DNA from: Octopus sinensis
Taxonomy: Eukaryota
Reading direction: 5' to 3'
Length of the DNA: 64,000 bases
Assembly (NCBI RefSeq): GCF_006345805.1
Contig: NC_043001.1
Span: forward strand, 97,216,001-97,280,000
Both the position numbers and the translations under genes were made by a program. The notes below the pieces were generated by a model. The model saw only the letters and a program-made list of their open reading frames with translations, had not been told where the DNA came from and did no database searches. Shown piece by piece: positions 1 through 14,123 of this stretch. Numbering within the stretch: position 1 is the stretch's first letter; each line of letters begins with the position of its first letter.

Positions 1-346
1 ACTAGGTCAAAATCCCAAAGAACTAAATCAGGTAACAACAGGCCTTGCCACCCACCTCCATTGTCCAAAAATATATTTAGCGTTCCTTTCTCGAAAAATA
101 TAGATAGCACTACTTCTAGACAGACTAAAAAAGCGGCGGACGGTCTAATCTGTAGTACACACCCAACTTCTCAATTAAAATTAAGAACTTAGTTAAATCC
201 TTCTTTAAATACTAGACTCTAACTTTCCTCGTCAACATAAATATGCCGAAAATAGACTTAAATCGTCAATAACCACATATAATTCACTATTATAAGTGCG
301 CGTCACGAAGCAAGCCGACAGAAACTTCCTAAAAAATTCCATTATA

Positions 347-404
347 ACCGAATCAGCTCCGATTCCTGAAATAATTCATAAAGAATTTTCTCATTATCAG
401 CGGT
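347..404 (-). ncRNA. Degenerate type I hammerhead-like motif
   Basis: Minus strand reads ACCG-CTGATAA-TGAGAAAAT..ATTATTTCA-GGAA-TCGGAGCTGA-TT-CGGT. Stems I, II and III pair, but the core is mutated. Confidence 0.4.
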
Positions 405-684
405 CATTGCACTAAGAAATAAATGAGATACTTGCACCCATGGAACAAGTAGACACAAAATCATGTGTACACTTAAGTACCCCAAATATATCCAAAATAG
501 AAAGTCTACAGCACACCTCGAGACATGTGTCACCTTGCATCGAGACGCGTGCTTATAAGGATGAAATATATATATATATATATAGTTAATCCAAACAAGA
601 ACAAACAAGAAAAAACACCAACGCGAGGACATGGAACAAGTATTTTATTATTGGATGCTCATGAAATGAAACAAAATAAAGAGG

Positions 685-719
685 ATTTTACGTTTCGAGC
701 CGAGCACTTCATCAAAAAT
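685..719 (-). ncRNA. Minimal hammerhead motif (C3U variant) in a PLE-derived repeat
   Basis: Minus strand reads ATTT-TTGATGA-AGTGC-TCG-GCTC-GAAA-CG-TA-AAAT; similar to the motif at 26588-26623. Confidence 0.55.
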
Positions 720-810
720 ATAGAAAATGTCCAAAGAAGGGAGACGGAGAAAGAAAATCGCCAACGAATCACAGCTGGTCACATATTGAAATATGTATAT
801 ATATATATAA

Positions 811-1205
811 GCCGAGTAATGCCTCTGTGGTAAGAAGCTTGCTTCTCAAACACATGGTTCCGGTATTCAATCCCATAGCTTGGCACTTTGGGCAAGTTTC
901 TTCTAGCATAACCACAGGGTGACCAAAGCCTTGTGAGTGGATTTGGTAGACGAAAACTGAAAGACGTCCGTCGCATAAACACACACATGTATATGAGTGT
1001 GTGTCTTTGTGGCTGTGCTTGCCTCCCCCTCACCGCTTGACAACCAGTGGTAGTGTGTTTAGGCCCCTGTACCTTAGCGGTCCGAGAAAATAATACGATA
1101 GAATAAGTACTAGGCTTAAAAAATCAGTCATGCTGTCGACAGTTCAACCAAATGCCTAAAATACGGTGCCCCAGTATGGCCACAGTCAAATGACGGAACC
1201 GAAGT
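811..1205 (+). mobile_element. tRNA-derived SINE family A (octopus CORE-like), diverged full-length copy
   Basis: Aligns by eye with 1746-2163: head with B-box-like motif, TTGGGCAAGT core, GGATTTGGTAGACGAAAACTGAAAG and tail. Confidence 0.85.
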
Positions 1206-1226
1206 ATACACACACACACACACACA

Positions 1227-1281
<55 letters not shown>

Positions 1282-1745
1282 CAGACATCTGAAAAGAGAA
1301 TTCAATGGAAAGGTAGTCGAGTACTACAACTGTTTCAAATAGACATCGGATGCATCTTACGCTGCATAACAAATGTGTTGTAGCCGTTCAGTCTACGGTA
1401 CCATCAGTCACATACATCTGTTATGCTGAAAACGGTCCGCGAACTCTTGCATCAGCTGCAACTGATTTGCTTTTGAAACAGCCGTGCTACTCGACTTCCA
1501 GTCCTTGGCATGTATAGATTTCATTATCGCGTTATAACCAAGTTTGTTGCTCCAGAACGGAGTTGTATTGTATAGGAACTCTCTGCATGAGCTCGCTTCG
1601 GGACAAACATATACAGTAACCTCTCGCCATATCGCGCTTCACCTATCACGGTGTTGTTTTGAATTTGTGTTGTTTTGTGTTGTTTTGAATTTGTAATAAA
1701 ATAAATATATACAAATTATAAAAATAATTTTTAAAATACAATATA

Positions 1746-1907
1746 GGCGCAGGAGTGGCTGTGTGGTAAGTAGCTTGCTAACCAACCACATAGTTCCGGG
1801 TTCAGTCCCACTGCGTGGCATCTTGGGCAAGTGTCTTCTGCTATAGCCCCGGGCCGACCAATGCCTTGCGAGTGGATTTGGTAGACGGAAACTGAAAAAG
1901 CCTGTCG

Positions 1908-1947
<40 letters not shown>

Positions 1948-2163
1948 CATGTTTGTGTGTCTGTGTTTGTCCCTCTAGCATTGCTTGACAACCGATGCTG
2001 GTGTGTTTACGTCCACGTCACGGTTCGGCAAAAGTGGTCGATAGAATAAGTACTGAGCTTACAAAGAATAAGTCCCGGGGTCGATTTGCTCGACTAAAGG
2101 CGGTGCTCCAGCATGGCCGCAGTCAAATGACTGAAACAAGTAAAAGTGTAAAGAGTAAAGAGT
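1746..2163 (+). mobile_element. SINE family A, well-preserved full-length copy with target-site duplication
   Basis: GGCGCAGGAGTGGCTGTGTGG head, GGTTCAGTCCC B box, CTTGGGCAAGTG core, internal microsatellite and (GAGTAAA)-type tail. AATATAGG occurs at 1740-1747 and 2164-2171. Confidence 0.93.
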
Positions 2164-3029
2164 AATATAGGATTGTTTCTAATTCAAGGATTTTCACCTA
2201 AAGTGGGGATTTTTGGAACGTTACACCCGCAATAGTCGAGGGATTACTGCCTCATACGTTGATTTATAAATGTTTTATCGCTGAACTACCGATTCATCGC
2301 CACTTTCCATACAACCAACGGTTACGCTAGAAACTATCCAACTGTTTTTACCATGTTCCCTACTGAATTATTAATTTATGTATATATGTATTAGTGTGTG
2401 TGTCTGTGTGTCTGCGTGTTTTAGACCGTGTGCGTATATACAAGCATCCGCATAGATGTTTGTAAAATACCGTTTAATATAGAAAAAAACGGGATAAAAA
2501 CAGTTGAAAGCATAGTATTGACATCAAAAGGAGAAAGAAGATGCGTTTATTTCTATGATGGAACTTACAAGATTCCACTTGTTTCTTTACGGCCATTAGC
2601 GGACATAAACACATAAAGCAGAAAATTATACTCCAGTGTCATGCAACCTACTTGAGGAACCGTGTCTTGAAATATCCCTCTTCAAATATAAGTTGTTGGT
2701 CCCTTGTCTTCATTAAATTATACGCATCGTTTCCTTTTACGCACATACGCACACACTAATCTGAGAGTAGTTTATACATTTAAATTAATCTAAACACTAC
2801 ACGTATGTGTCTAATATGTTTGTATGTTGCTGGAAGTAGCGTTATGACGTTATTATTGAGTCATGCATATCAATATACGTTATTTCCTCCTTCTCTTGGC
2901 AAACTGCTGTAATGTTATGAAGTTATTAAACCCAGTGACTATATATATATATATATATATTAATAAATAAAATAAAACATATGCATATATATAAACATAT
3001 ATGTACGTAACTACCTCTACATGTACATA

Positions 3030-3695
3030 TACACGCATATATGAGTACAGGACACCAAAAGGACGTCGAACACAATGAGAAACGAAAACATAGACACAAA
3101 CCAAAGGAACTGGACATTTTTTTAAAAACAGCAAAAAAAATAGAGTACAGGACAATTAACACAAAGAAAACAAAGAAAAAAACCATTCTTCAGTCGCTAT
3201 GGTTTCATCTACTCTACGTTTCGAAGGATAAAAGCGAGACGTATCTTCGACAAGAAACTTTCCTTCCTGCGAAAAGCAAATCAATTAAAATTCTGAGATC
3301 TTTTCGCAGAGGGGTAAAAAATGGTAACAAAAACAGGACAGTAACGACAGTACAAAATATAAACAGTAAAAGACAGGACAACGAAAAACAAGATAAGAAG
3401 GGCTGTTAACGCCGAACGAAAAAAAGTATTACGAACGCGGAATTTTTTATGAAAGACGAGCGGAGCAAAAAGAATGTCGTCCATTAACTTGAGAGGGCCA
3501 GGCCAGAGAGACAGCAGCGGATGTCTCGTCGCGGGTGAACAACGGGAAGGGGGGAGGAGGAGCAAGAGAAAGGGAGTGAAGAAGGGGAATGGCTGCGAGG
3601 AAACCATGAAGTATGTAGAGGGGGAGAGAGAGAGTAAAGAATGAGAGAGAGGAAGAGACAAGTTAAGTAGAGGAAAGGAAATCAAAGAATGAAGT
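3030..3695 (-). mobile_element. Probable PLE 3' non-coding remnant with decayed HHR-like motif
   Basis: Minus strand near 3213-3275 reads AGGA...TCCTTC-GAAA-CG-TA-GAG; purine-rich tract bounded by TA-rich repeats. Confidence 0.35.
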
Positions 3696-4455
3696 CTATA
3701 TATATAATATATATATATATATTATAATATATATGTGTGTATGTGTGTGTGTGTGTGTGTGTTGTGTGTGTGTGTATATAAATAATCCTCCTCACTAAAA
3801 TTTACCTCCGAAACGTATGTCTTGTTAAGGATTACAAGATTCGTGATGATGAAAGACGAATACTCTTTCATTGTTATACAACACATGTAACTTATGTAGC
3901 AACAACTTTATAAAATGCCAATATATCTATTTTAATCGAAGGTTTAAATTAAATAATAAATTAATTCCTGCCGTATTTCGTATGATTAAGATGTTCTTCA
4001 GATAAATTCTATATTTTGTGCCCAAACATTATCTGGGGATTTCACTTTCAATAGTATATTACAAAAGAGATTGCAAATTTTTAAACTTTTGCTCGCATCA
4101 AAAGAAGTTTTTGAATATATATACAAGTTCAATTAATGAGTATCTATTGACTCAGACTGTCTATCCTTTCGTCATAATTCAAATATCACGTAGCTCGACA
4201 GGGAACGTGACATATTTTTGCAGATGTAAAACGAAGGAATATCTCCTAATATAATCATAATGTACTTTTATATATTTGTATGTATGTATGCATATATGTA
4301 TATATATATTATATATATATATATATAATATATAATATATATATATATAATATATATATATATATACATTTATATATTTGCATGTCCTGTATGTATATAT
4401 ATATATATATATATATTTATACAACATACTTTTTATATATATATATATATATATA

Positions 4456-4539
<84 letters not shown>

Positions 4540-4957
4540 ATTCATATGCATATATTTGTCCAGAATCACGCTGGACGCGGAGGAGGAGAAGGAATAGTAA
4601 TTCAGTGAAGGAGAAGTAGTGAGAGTAAAAGCCCTGCGTGAGAGATAGTACTAACAATGAGAGAAAGGATGGGGTGAAACATAAATAAGGAAAGAAGGAG
4701 TAAAAAAATCAGTGTTTCAACTTTCTGTGTGTGTGTGTGTGTGTGCGTGCACAAATGAAGTATATGTATGTCCGTATGTGTGATTATAACACATTTATAT
4801 ATAAAACACTACAATTAGCCGTCATTATTCACGGCACGTGGTTAGCTAGTAGTATAAATATTTAAGAATATAATAATCATTTACCTGTTCGAGAATATTC
4901 ATATATGAAAGCTCAGATTTTCAATTCACCAATCTGCTGAAGTATTAATTTCAGATG

Positions 4958-5161
4958 ACGGCTGTGTAATAGAAAGCTTGCTTTCCAACCACATGGTTCT
5001 CGGTTAAGTCTCATAATGTGGCACCTTGGGGCGAGTAACTGGTACTAAAACCTTGGGTCGACCAAAGCCTTGCGTGTGGATTTGGTAGACGGAAACTGAA
5101 AGTAGCCCGTGATATATCAATCTATGTGTGCATGTTCCTGTCTTTCTAGCTGTACTTGTCT

Positions 5162-5193
<32 letters not shown>

Positions 5194-5330
5194 CAGTACC
5201 AACACTATTTAAAAAAGAAAAGAAGTCCTGGGGTCTATTTGTTCGATTAAAAACACTTCAAGACGGTGCCCCAGCATGGCCGCAATCAAAATGGCTAACA
5301 CAAGTATGAGATAAAGATGAACGATAAAAG
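4958..5330 (+). mobile_element. SINE family A, diverged and internally deleted
   Basis: GGATTTGGTAGACGGAAACTGAA and GGTGCCCCAGCATGGCCGCA blocks. Confidence 0.8.
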
Positions 5331-5985
5331 TTAAAGATATCTAGTAATCTACAAATCAATCTTTTGAAACATCGATACTAATGGTAATATATATTTGTAA
5401 CTTAAGCTTAAATCAGGTTATTTTGGGGGGAAAAGTATCAATCGATTTATTCGGCGTTATTTGACAGATAATTATGACATTTGCCCTGACTGAATGAAAA
5501 GTAAATTCAGGAATAAGAGCGCTCAAAATAAACGAATTCTGCTAAACCCACCGAGAATTTTTTCGTTTAAAACCTTACTTAGTCTACCACTCGCTCTCCA
5601 TGGAAACAATAAGTATATCGATAATTATTCATATTATCTCGATACAACAGGGTAATCGTTATGCCTTCAGTATGCTATAAAACAAATAATTAGAAAATGC
5701 AGATAAATTATCTAGATATTATCTATGAATCAAAGTTTATATTCAACTACAGATTAAGGTCAATTTAATATCAAGCTCATGAAGATTGATGTATTTTAGA
5801 ACACAAAACATGTACAACGGTACTTAATTCTAATTAAAATGCGCAGTAAACTATTGGGATTTCAAAAGTGCCAAACCGTCGTTTATATCAGAAGAATACT
5901 TAAATTTAGAAAAGCTTTATAGGTGTAGAGGAAATCATTAAGATGGGCATGTGGGAAAAGTTTCCCATGCCTCTCTCTCTCTCTC

Positions 5986-6098
<113 letters not shown>

Positions 6099-6321
6099 CA
6101 TCTATCTATTTGCCTGTCTGTCTATCTATCGGCACATACAAATATGCTCACATGCACGCACATACACACACACATATAAAGGTATATATTTCTTTGATAG
6201 TGTTGGTGAGTGATTCTGGGTCACATGGCAATAAATCGCCAATCTTCGTGATGACACATATTGAACACAGCAACTACCGCGGCCCCCCTCCTCCTCCTCC
6301 TCCAACTACTAGTACTACACG

Positions 6322-6395
<74 letters not shown>

Positions 6396-6460
6396 TGATG
6401 ATGTTAATAATAATGATGATGATAATAATAAAAGAACTTTCTACTATAGGTCTGCAATGT

Positions 6461-6617
6461 CGATCCCAACGCCATGCTGTTACTCATTTTATCGACGTGA
6501 AAAAGGATGACAGGCAAAGAAGTTGTGTATGCGGAATTTGAACTCAGAACATAAAGACTGACGAAATACCACTAAGAATTTCGCCTAGTGTGCTAACGTT
6601 TCTGCCAGCTCACCGCC
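6461..6617 (-). mobile_element. SINE family B (tRNA head plus Meta-like central domain)
   Basis: Reverse complement resembles 21633-21862 (GGCGGTGAGCTGGCAGAA..TTCTGAGTTCAAATTCCGC..). Confidence 0.8.
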
Positions 6618-6679
6618 ATAAATCCACTAAGTATTGTGTCCTGTCGTGTAACGCTTTTGCTAGCCCATCGTTTTCATAA

Positions 6680-6732
6680 CAGCAGCAGCAACAACAACAA
6701 CAATAATAATAATAATCATAATAATAATAATA

Positions 6733-6763
<31 letters not shown>

Positions 6764-7004
6764 TAAGATTATTATTATTATTATTATTATTAAATAGATA
6801 TAATAATAATGATATAATAATAATAATAATAATAATATAACAATAATATTAATAATAATAATAATAAAAATAAGAAGAATGATCAGATAATAATAATAAT
6901 GATGATGATGATAATAATAATAATATAATAATAATAATAATAATAATATAATAATATTAAGATTATTATTATTATTATTATTATTAAATAGATATAATAA
7001 TATG

Positions 7005-7044
<40 letters not shown>

Positions 7045-7108
7045 TATATTAATAATAATAATATAAAAAATAAGAAAATGAATAATGATAATAATAATAA
7101 TGATGATG

Positions 7109-7150
<42 letters not shown>

Positions 7151-7317
7151 TAATATATAATAAAAAAAAATGAACGAACTACTGAGTTTGGTTTAATGGC
7201 CTACCATTGTATATTATGAGTTTCTTTGCCCTAGGAGTCGGGAAGACACTCGGCAAGAAATGGAAGCAAATTTGAAAGAAGAAAAAAAAAATAATAATAA
7301 CATTATTATTATTATTA

Positions 7318-7369
<52 letters not shown>

Positions 7370-7370
7370 G
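6680..7370. repeat. Compound (TAA)n/(ATT)n microsatellite with an internal ~190-bp higher-order duplication
   Basis: ATTAAGATTATT...AAATAGATA block occurs near 6762 and again near 6956. Confidence 0.85.
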
Positions 7371-7378
7371 TCATTATT

Positions 7379-7770
7379 CCACCCAAAGAGTGACACCGAC
7401 AGGCTGTACTTGTCCAGAAGAATCGGTGGGAAGGGTTTGATCAGTTACCAGGATTGCATCGAAGAATAGAAAGACAGCTTAGGGTGATGTATGAAATATT
7501 GTGAGGAGTCAAATGATAAAAAAAGAAAGAAAAACCATGGAAGGAAAAATAAATATACGGTCAGTTTGCAAGAGATGTGGGCGTGAAGACAGGTAATGAG
7601 GAGTGACCTGGAGATAGAAACAAAAGCGCACATATGCGCAGCTCAAGAACAAGATTTAAGGACCAACTGTATGAAGTACTGAATAGGCAGCACACTACCA
7701 ATAGTGACAAAAGGAGAATGTGTGGAGAGAAATGTGAAATGATATCGCACCTCGTTAGCGAATGCCCGAA
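7379..7770 (+). pseudogene. R4/Dong-like (RLE-clade) non-LTR retrotransposon remnant: post-RT region and CCHC zinc knuckle
   Basis: HPKSDTDRLYLSRRIGGKGL, DLEIETKAHICAAQEQDLRTN and RMCGEKCEMISHLVSECPK motifs, with stops and frameshifts. Confidence 0.8.
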
Positions 7771-7984
7771 GAAAAAGAAGAAGAAGAAGAAGAAGAAGAA
7801 GAAGAAGAAGAAGAAGAAGAAGAAAAAGAAGAAAAAGAAGAAGAAGAATGACGAAGAAGAAGAAGAAGAAGAAGAAGAAGAAGGAGAAGAAGAAGAAGAA
7901 GAAGAAGGAGAAGAAGAAGAAGAAGAAGAAGGAGAAGAAGAAGAAGAAGAAGAACTTAAACCAAAAAAATTAACAACAAAGAAA

Positions 7985-8068
7985 GAAAAAACCTGGAAAG
8001 AAACGTAAATATACGATCAGTTTGCAAGAGACGTGGGCACGAAGACAGATGATGAGGAGTGACCTGAA
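7985..8068 (+). repeat. Diverged second copy of the retrotransposon segment 7530-7612, embedded in (GAA)n
   Basis: TAAATATACG(A/G)TCAGTTTGCAAGAGA..ATGAGGAGTGACCTG is shared. Confidence 0.8.
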
Positions 8069-8796
8069 GGAGAAGAAGAAGAAGAAGAAGAAGAAGAAGA
8101 AGAAGAAGAAGAAGAAGAAGAAGAAGAAGAAGAAGAAGAAGAAGAAGAAGAAGAAGAAGAAGCATGTTTTTAACCATTGCGAAGTGACGGATCAGCAGAT
8201 TATCTCCATCCCAAGGTAGGAAAGGATAAAAGATAAAGTAAAACAGATTAGAATTAGAAAGCAAAAAAAAAAAAAAAAAATGAATCGTAACAGATGAGCT
8301 GGGAGCGAGGGAATACATTACACATTTCTTTAATAGGAAATAGGAACGTAATGTTTTCAGAAGCAGAGCGTAAGTCTTATGACACAAAGGAACGAAAGCT
8401 GAGTTGGGTGTTGGAGGCAGATGTTTGTAACAAATCAACAATTAGTTCGTTGGCAATCTGACAGGTTCCTATTTTATCTTATATTTGCACGCAATTGCTG
8501 TGTGACGCTTATATTTATTCGAAATATGTCCCTTTTATTTCATCGCACCGTATTATGTATTCCCTAATGCCTCGATATTTTGAAATGCATTCTGTTCACT
8601 GTAGAGATAGGAAAAACTGTATCAAGTTGTTACATATACTGAGATAGACACACTCGCACACACACATTCACACTCGCATACACACACACACACACATACA
8701 CACAAACTCTCTCTCTCTCTCAAACACACACACGCGCGCACGCACACATATGTATACACGGCATGATTCTTTCAATTCGAAATAAAAATGTCTCCT

Positions 8797-8917
8797 CACA
8801 AGCCTTTCGGTTCCCCAAGGCTGTAGTAGGAGTCACTTGTCCAAGGTACTACGGGGTGGGACTGAAGACTGAACTCGGAGCTTCGTGGTTGGGAAACAAA
8901 CTACTTACCACACAGCT
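8797..8917 (-). mobile_element. SINE family A head fragment
   Basis: CACTTGTCCAAGG..GTGGGACTGAA..CTACTTACCACACAGC. Confidence 0.7.
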
Positions 8918-11900
8918 AGGTTTTTGCCTTATGCATACATGTAGTTATACAGACAGACACATCTCTATATACCACATAATTGTTTGCATTCTGTCTCAAA
9001 ACGATATTAGTATGTGTATTTTTCCATAATAGAATTCATATTTCTGATAAGCTGACGAGAACATCAAAAGTATGGTTACATAGAAAATTTCCGTATACAA
9101 CATAATATAATATACTGTAACACATCCAAGTACAACGCAGAGGATTACCACTTTTCATGATGCTTACGTTTCTAAGTTTTGGGATTATCCAGTTTGACGG
9201 AAGCATTATTACCACTCTACATGTTGTATGCAAATGAAAGTAATGAGATACAAATCATATCTTCAATTACCTACAGCTGTTCATTAATACTTATGTTCAA
9301 TGGGGATTGATGTAATTTTCCGGGTTGCATTTTCTTAAGTATCAGTGCGTCCTCATATAAAACTCGTTGTGAACACTTAGATGTCATCGAAGTAATCATT
9401 AGGCCCAGTCCTTCAAATACAGAACATTATTTTCCAATGTTCCGTAGTATAAAATGTGCACCTATTCGAGATAAAAAATTGATTCTGAAACGACACCATT
9501 GATCTCATGCGGGGTGCGAGGAGTTGGACAGTGCCCCTTTCAGCTCCAAAATGTCTTTGTAAAACGATTTTGATTCTCGTGGTACAGTAGTTATCATCCG
9601 AATGTTATCGCAAGATTTTTAAGCAGTACTGTTTTAGTTTATTAACTGATATCTATGGGGCCCAGGTCTTCTACTGGAAAGCCGACAGAAGAAACATTCT
9701 GTTAATGACAACAGCTATGTCTAGCCAAGAAGTTTAGGGAAACAGATCAGGTTTCAAAATCAGTTCTAAAATATCTTGCATGCATTGAGAAAGTAGTATG
9801 GAAATATTCCAAATCGTGGAATAAATTTCGAAAGTTGGAGACGTTTTAGAACTGGGCAATATAAAGCATTTATTTATTATTTAGATATCTCTGATTGTGT
9901 TAGGAATATGTTTGAATAGATTTGGTTATGCATGTATCTAGGAGATAAATATGCAAAGCTATTATCTCATCATAAATGTAAGCAAAACAACTGCGTGATG
10001 CTATTCATAATTCCATATTTATACTCCTTTAATGGATTTCAATGGATTACATATTGGCTAGTGCATAGATATTCCTAAATTCATTCTCTTCTGTTATTCT
10101 CAACGGCATTCATAGATGGGAAAAATCGGTTCCGATGACAGTTACAGCTGAATGATTATATTACTAAACACAGTTGGTAATAACCTACTTCCTCCACATA
10201 ATGTTAATGTGCGTATTGTTCCCCTAACAGAATTCTTGTTTTCGGTTATTTGACAAGAGAAATGGAGAATATGTTCACAATGGAAACCACCCGATTCACC
10301 ATATTAACTTTATGTATTATATTGAAGATATTTATTTCAATATTCAAAAGAAAGACCCTTTCGAATAAAAACTCAGCGTATTATCAATGTTCTTACACTG
10401 CTCATGCTAAATCTTGAGGATGACCTTTCTTGTTCCACATGTGATCCAGAATTTAATATTACTGCCTTGGTCCAATTACTTGCTATTATGAGCAATTAAT
10501 TGCACTGAATCTGTTGTTGAATCATCAAAACTTCTGTGGCTTACCAGTGATATTATATTTGACTGAATGAGTTCATCCGTTTAGTAATTTCTCGAGAAAT
10601 GGCTTTCAAAGAAAGCTTTTATCTTCTTAATCGTTAGAAACCAACTTAGAATTAGTGAATGTGGCTTTTTACTACAACGAATATGAAACCAAAAAGAGAG
10701 TAACGAACACTTGTAAACCACCCCCTCACATTTCATATAATATTGCAAAATATGGAAAAATATATTTACAATAGGCTGCTGACATCCAATAAAACAAGAG
10801 ATCTCCTTACCTTAATGCTCTCTGAACATATAAGTAGCTTAAAAGAGAAGTGAAACAAGTTGCCGAAATTATATTAACGTTCCAGATTTTGTGTTTATAC
10901 CATGAGATTGGTTCTCATTATGCTTAGCTGTTTATCTATTTACGATCATGTACGTATGCTATCAATACTTCATTTTCATAAATTGCAATTTCTTTGTGGC
11001 TTTTAAGCAGAGTTAATGTATACAAATTCATAGGTTAAGGAGAAAAGATCTGCAGTTAATAAACGACCTTCATATATATTTTAGTCAACATATTAACAAT
11101 CAAGCTGGGTTTCGCTTTCAAATGAAAAATGTCGAATGCTTGATGTTATTTAAAAAAAATATATTCATAAATTTTTAAAACGAAAGAGTGTCAAACAAAT
11201 ATTATTATATCATTTGAATACAAAACACATTTCGTTAGGAACAGACTAACGAAAATGGAAATAGCCTGTCACTGTTATATATAGTGAAATGATGTGGCAT
11301 TGCCTTACAAATCCCTTCTCAAAATTGTTTGGCCTTAATGAAGGATCTTAGACACATGGGATCTGAAAAGGACTTCCATCTTTTACAGTCACGTCTGGAT
11401 TTTAAGAAACTGGATCCATGGAATGTTATTGTTGTTTTTATTTTGAAGAGGGAACAAGGCATAATATAAAAGCATAAACGGATATTTTTTTCTTCACATC
11501 GGGAAAGTTATCCTAAAATTCTACTGAAAAACCAATAAAATATTAAAATAGTTTTAGACAAATTACATCATTGTGTATGACTAATTTCCCATGAATTTGC
11601 GCTTAGATGATATTCTGGAGTTCTGAATCTCAAGAAGATTCCAAGAAATGTTCCGGCAATACTCCGTCATCATATGCCAAACTCATCTTTCTTGTTATCT
11701 TTGTCCTATTCATTTTATTTCCTAATGGAAACGTTCTCCCTATTCCTCCTTTGAGTCACCAAAATTTTCAGAAAATTTATCTAGGTGAATATGGAGTAGC
11801 ATTATGCTAATATTTGCCCCCAAGTTTTGAAAGTCATCTAGCATGCTGTCAACTATTTCCGCACTGTTGACTGAAAAAGCGATATTCTAGCAATCGTTAA

Positions 11901-12110
11901 ATAAGTTTCAATAGAATTTTAGACACTACATACAACAAAAGATGTCTCTAGCTGCAAGACATATACGCAAGATTTAGCGAATCTAGGACTCAGAATATTT
12001 AATTTAATATTTTGGTGCAACATATACTGAACGACATTTTAAATTGATTGAAAGTGCCAATACATTTGAATGTAACACGCGAGAGCAGGCATATTACTCA
12101 GTGTTTATTA

Positions 12111-12295
12111 TATGAGGTGGAGAAAAGTAAGTTCCTGGCACTGGGTAAAAGAAAATACAACACGATCAGTTAATTATGATTTTATTCAACATATTCCCTT
12201 CTCAGATTCACATCCTTATTGCAGCGGTCATTCGGACTTCCTAAACTCTGCAAAAGAACACGATGTTTTGGGCTTCCAACCAGGCTTTTCGCGAA
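12111..12295 (-). mobile_element. Mariner 3' end remnant (transposase C-terminus plus TIR)
   Basis: Minus strand gives DRCNKDVNLR then, after a frameshift, GEYVE*, resembling the mariner RWxKCVxxxGxYVE terminus. A TA-TGAGG TIR-like start lies at about 12111. Confidence 0.6.
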
Positions 12296-12954
12296 ATTCA
12301 GGAGCTTTTTCGTATACCTAACAACTTCCTGCGTATGCGAGGGATATCAAATGTAACGTACAGAATTGTAAAAAAAAGTGATCAGTTTTTTATGAAATCA
12401 TCATAACGTGTATGCTCATAAAATAATGATTCGTTAGTGGAAAATATACATCACATTACGACCGAAACACAATTTAAAGTCCTTAGTGTAGTCGAGGTGA
12501 AACTACTCCAATGCGTTCTACTTACTTGTTCGATGAAATACTCATTGTCCAATATAAAACCTATACTTTGCCCAATATCTCTGCCGTAAGGCTTCATTTC
12601 CACACGCGCCAGCTTAATTCAATTCATCCTTAGTTGAAAGACACCGGTTGTTATGTCCTGTAATTATTCTTATTGTATTTATATTTGCGCATCTTTGTCC
12701 GTTTGTTTTCGTCCTTGTTTGAGTATAAGATCCTAGCTTACTTTTTCCTTGGACCTGGCCAGTTTAGAGAAATCTCAATAACCAGCCGAAATTGCGAGGA
12801 TAATCTGGTGATTGACTGCAGAAAGAAAACTTCGAATGACTCGTCCTTGTTTTCTTTGTATCGTCTATTAGGATGTTTTGTTGTTGTCCTTTTCTGTATC
12901 ACCTAGCTGACCGGATGACTTGCGTTCTTGTCTCATTTTGTATTTTATATATTC

Positions 12955-13010
12955 ACTCTTTTACTCTTTTACTTGTTTCAGCCATCCGGCTGAGGCCATG
13001 CTGGGGCTTC
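12955..13010 (-). mobile_element. SINE family A tail fragment
   Basis: ACTCTTTTACTCTTTTACTTGTTTCAG..GGCCATGCTGGGGC. Confidence 0.7.
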
Positions 13011-13131
13011 CAACCATATATATGTATATATATATATATAAAATGTGTTTGTAAGTGTATATATGGGCACATACACGGACACACACGCATATACATGCAT
13101 GCATACATACATACATACATACATACATACA

Positions 13132-13169
<38 letters not shown>

Positions 13170-13285
13170 ATGAATTAGAGATAAAACCACTATTATGCAA
13201 CTCAAACAGTGATAGACATAAACCAATACATAAAGAACAAATAATATATATAATTAATATAATATATGATATATTATATATATGA

Positions 13286-13357
<72 letters not shown>

Positions 13358-13651
13358 CATATATACATGCATACATATATATATATGTGTGATTGCATGC
13401 ATTTGTGCTTGTGCTTTGCAGTGGGTGTTGGCGTTTTTACGTCCTCGTTTTCGATCTGCTCGACGAAAACTGCGTGAAAATATAAGTACAAAGTATAAAA
13501 AGTGAATGTGCTGAGGACAAATTCTATCACCATACGCTTGAAAGCGGCCTCTAATCGCGGCCACAATCCAGTGACTGAAAAGAGTGTAAAAATATAAGAA
13601 TATATATATCTGTCTGTCTATCTGTCTGTCCTTCTCTCTCTCTCTTTCCCT

Positions 13652-13705
<54 letters not shown>

Positions 13706-13707
<2 letters not shown>

Positions 13708-14076
13708 TCTTTTACTCTTTTACTTGTTTCAGTCAGTTGACTGCGGCCATGCTGGAGCACTGCCTTTAGTCGAGCAAATCGACCCCGAGACTTATTCTTT
13801 GTAAGCTCAGTTCTTATTCTATCGATCACTTTTGCCGAACCGCTAGAGGGACAGACACAGACACACAAAGATATACACACAGATACATATATATATATAT
13901 ATATATACATATATACGACAGGCTTCTTTCAGTTTCCGTCTACCAAATCCAGTCACAAGGCCTTGGTCGGCCCGAGGCTATAGCAGAAGACACTTGCTCA
14001 AGATGCCACGCAGTGGGACTGAACCCGGAACCATGTGGCTGGTTAGCAAGCTACTTACCACACAGCCACTCCTGCG

Positions 14077-14078
<2 letters not shown>
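13706..14078 (-). mobile_element. SINE family A, near full-length
   Basis: Close reverse complement of 1746-2163, flanked by (TA)n. Confidence 0.92.

Positions 14079-14123
<45 letters not shown>

Noticed and set aside
1746-1815. tRNA-like sequence
   Set aside because: SINE head with A/B boxes, not a full cloverleaf tRNA gene.
7634-8441. Poly-Lys/Glu and poly-Leu ORFs
   Set aside because: (GAA)n read-through from the retrotransposon remnant.
9300-11900. Repeat-poor stretch that might hide exons or an old LINE (NENGNSL-like peptide near 11250)
   Set aside because: No sustained frame or motif that I can support; needs tBLASTx or RNA-seq.
12611-12950. PLE-like non-coding repeat with GGC..GCC-GAAA
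   Set aside because: No CUGANGA half or stem III is recognisable, so it was not counted as an HHR.
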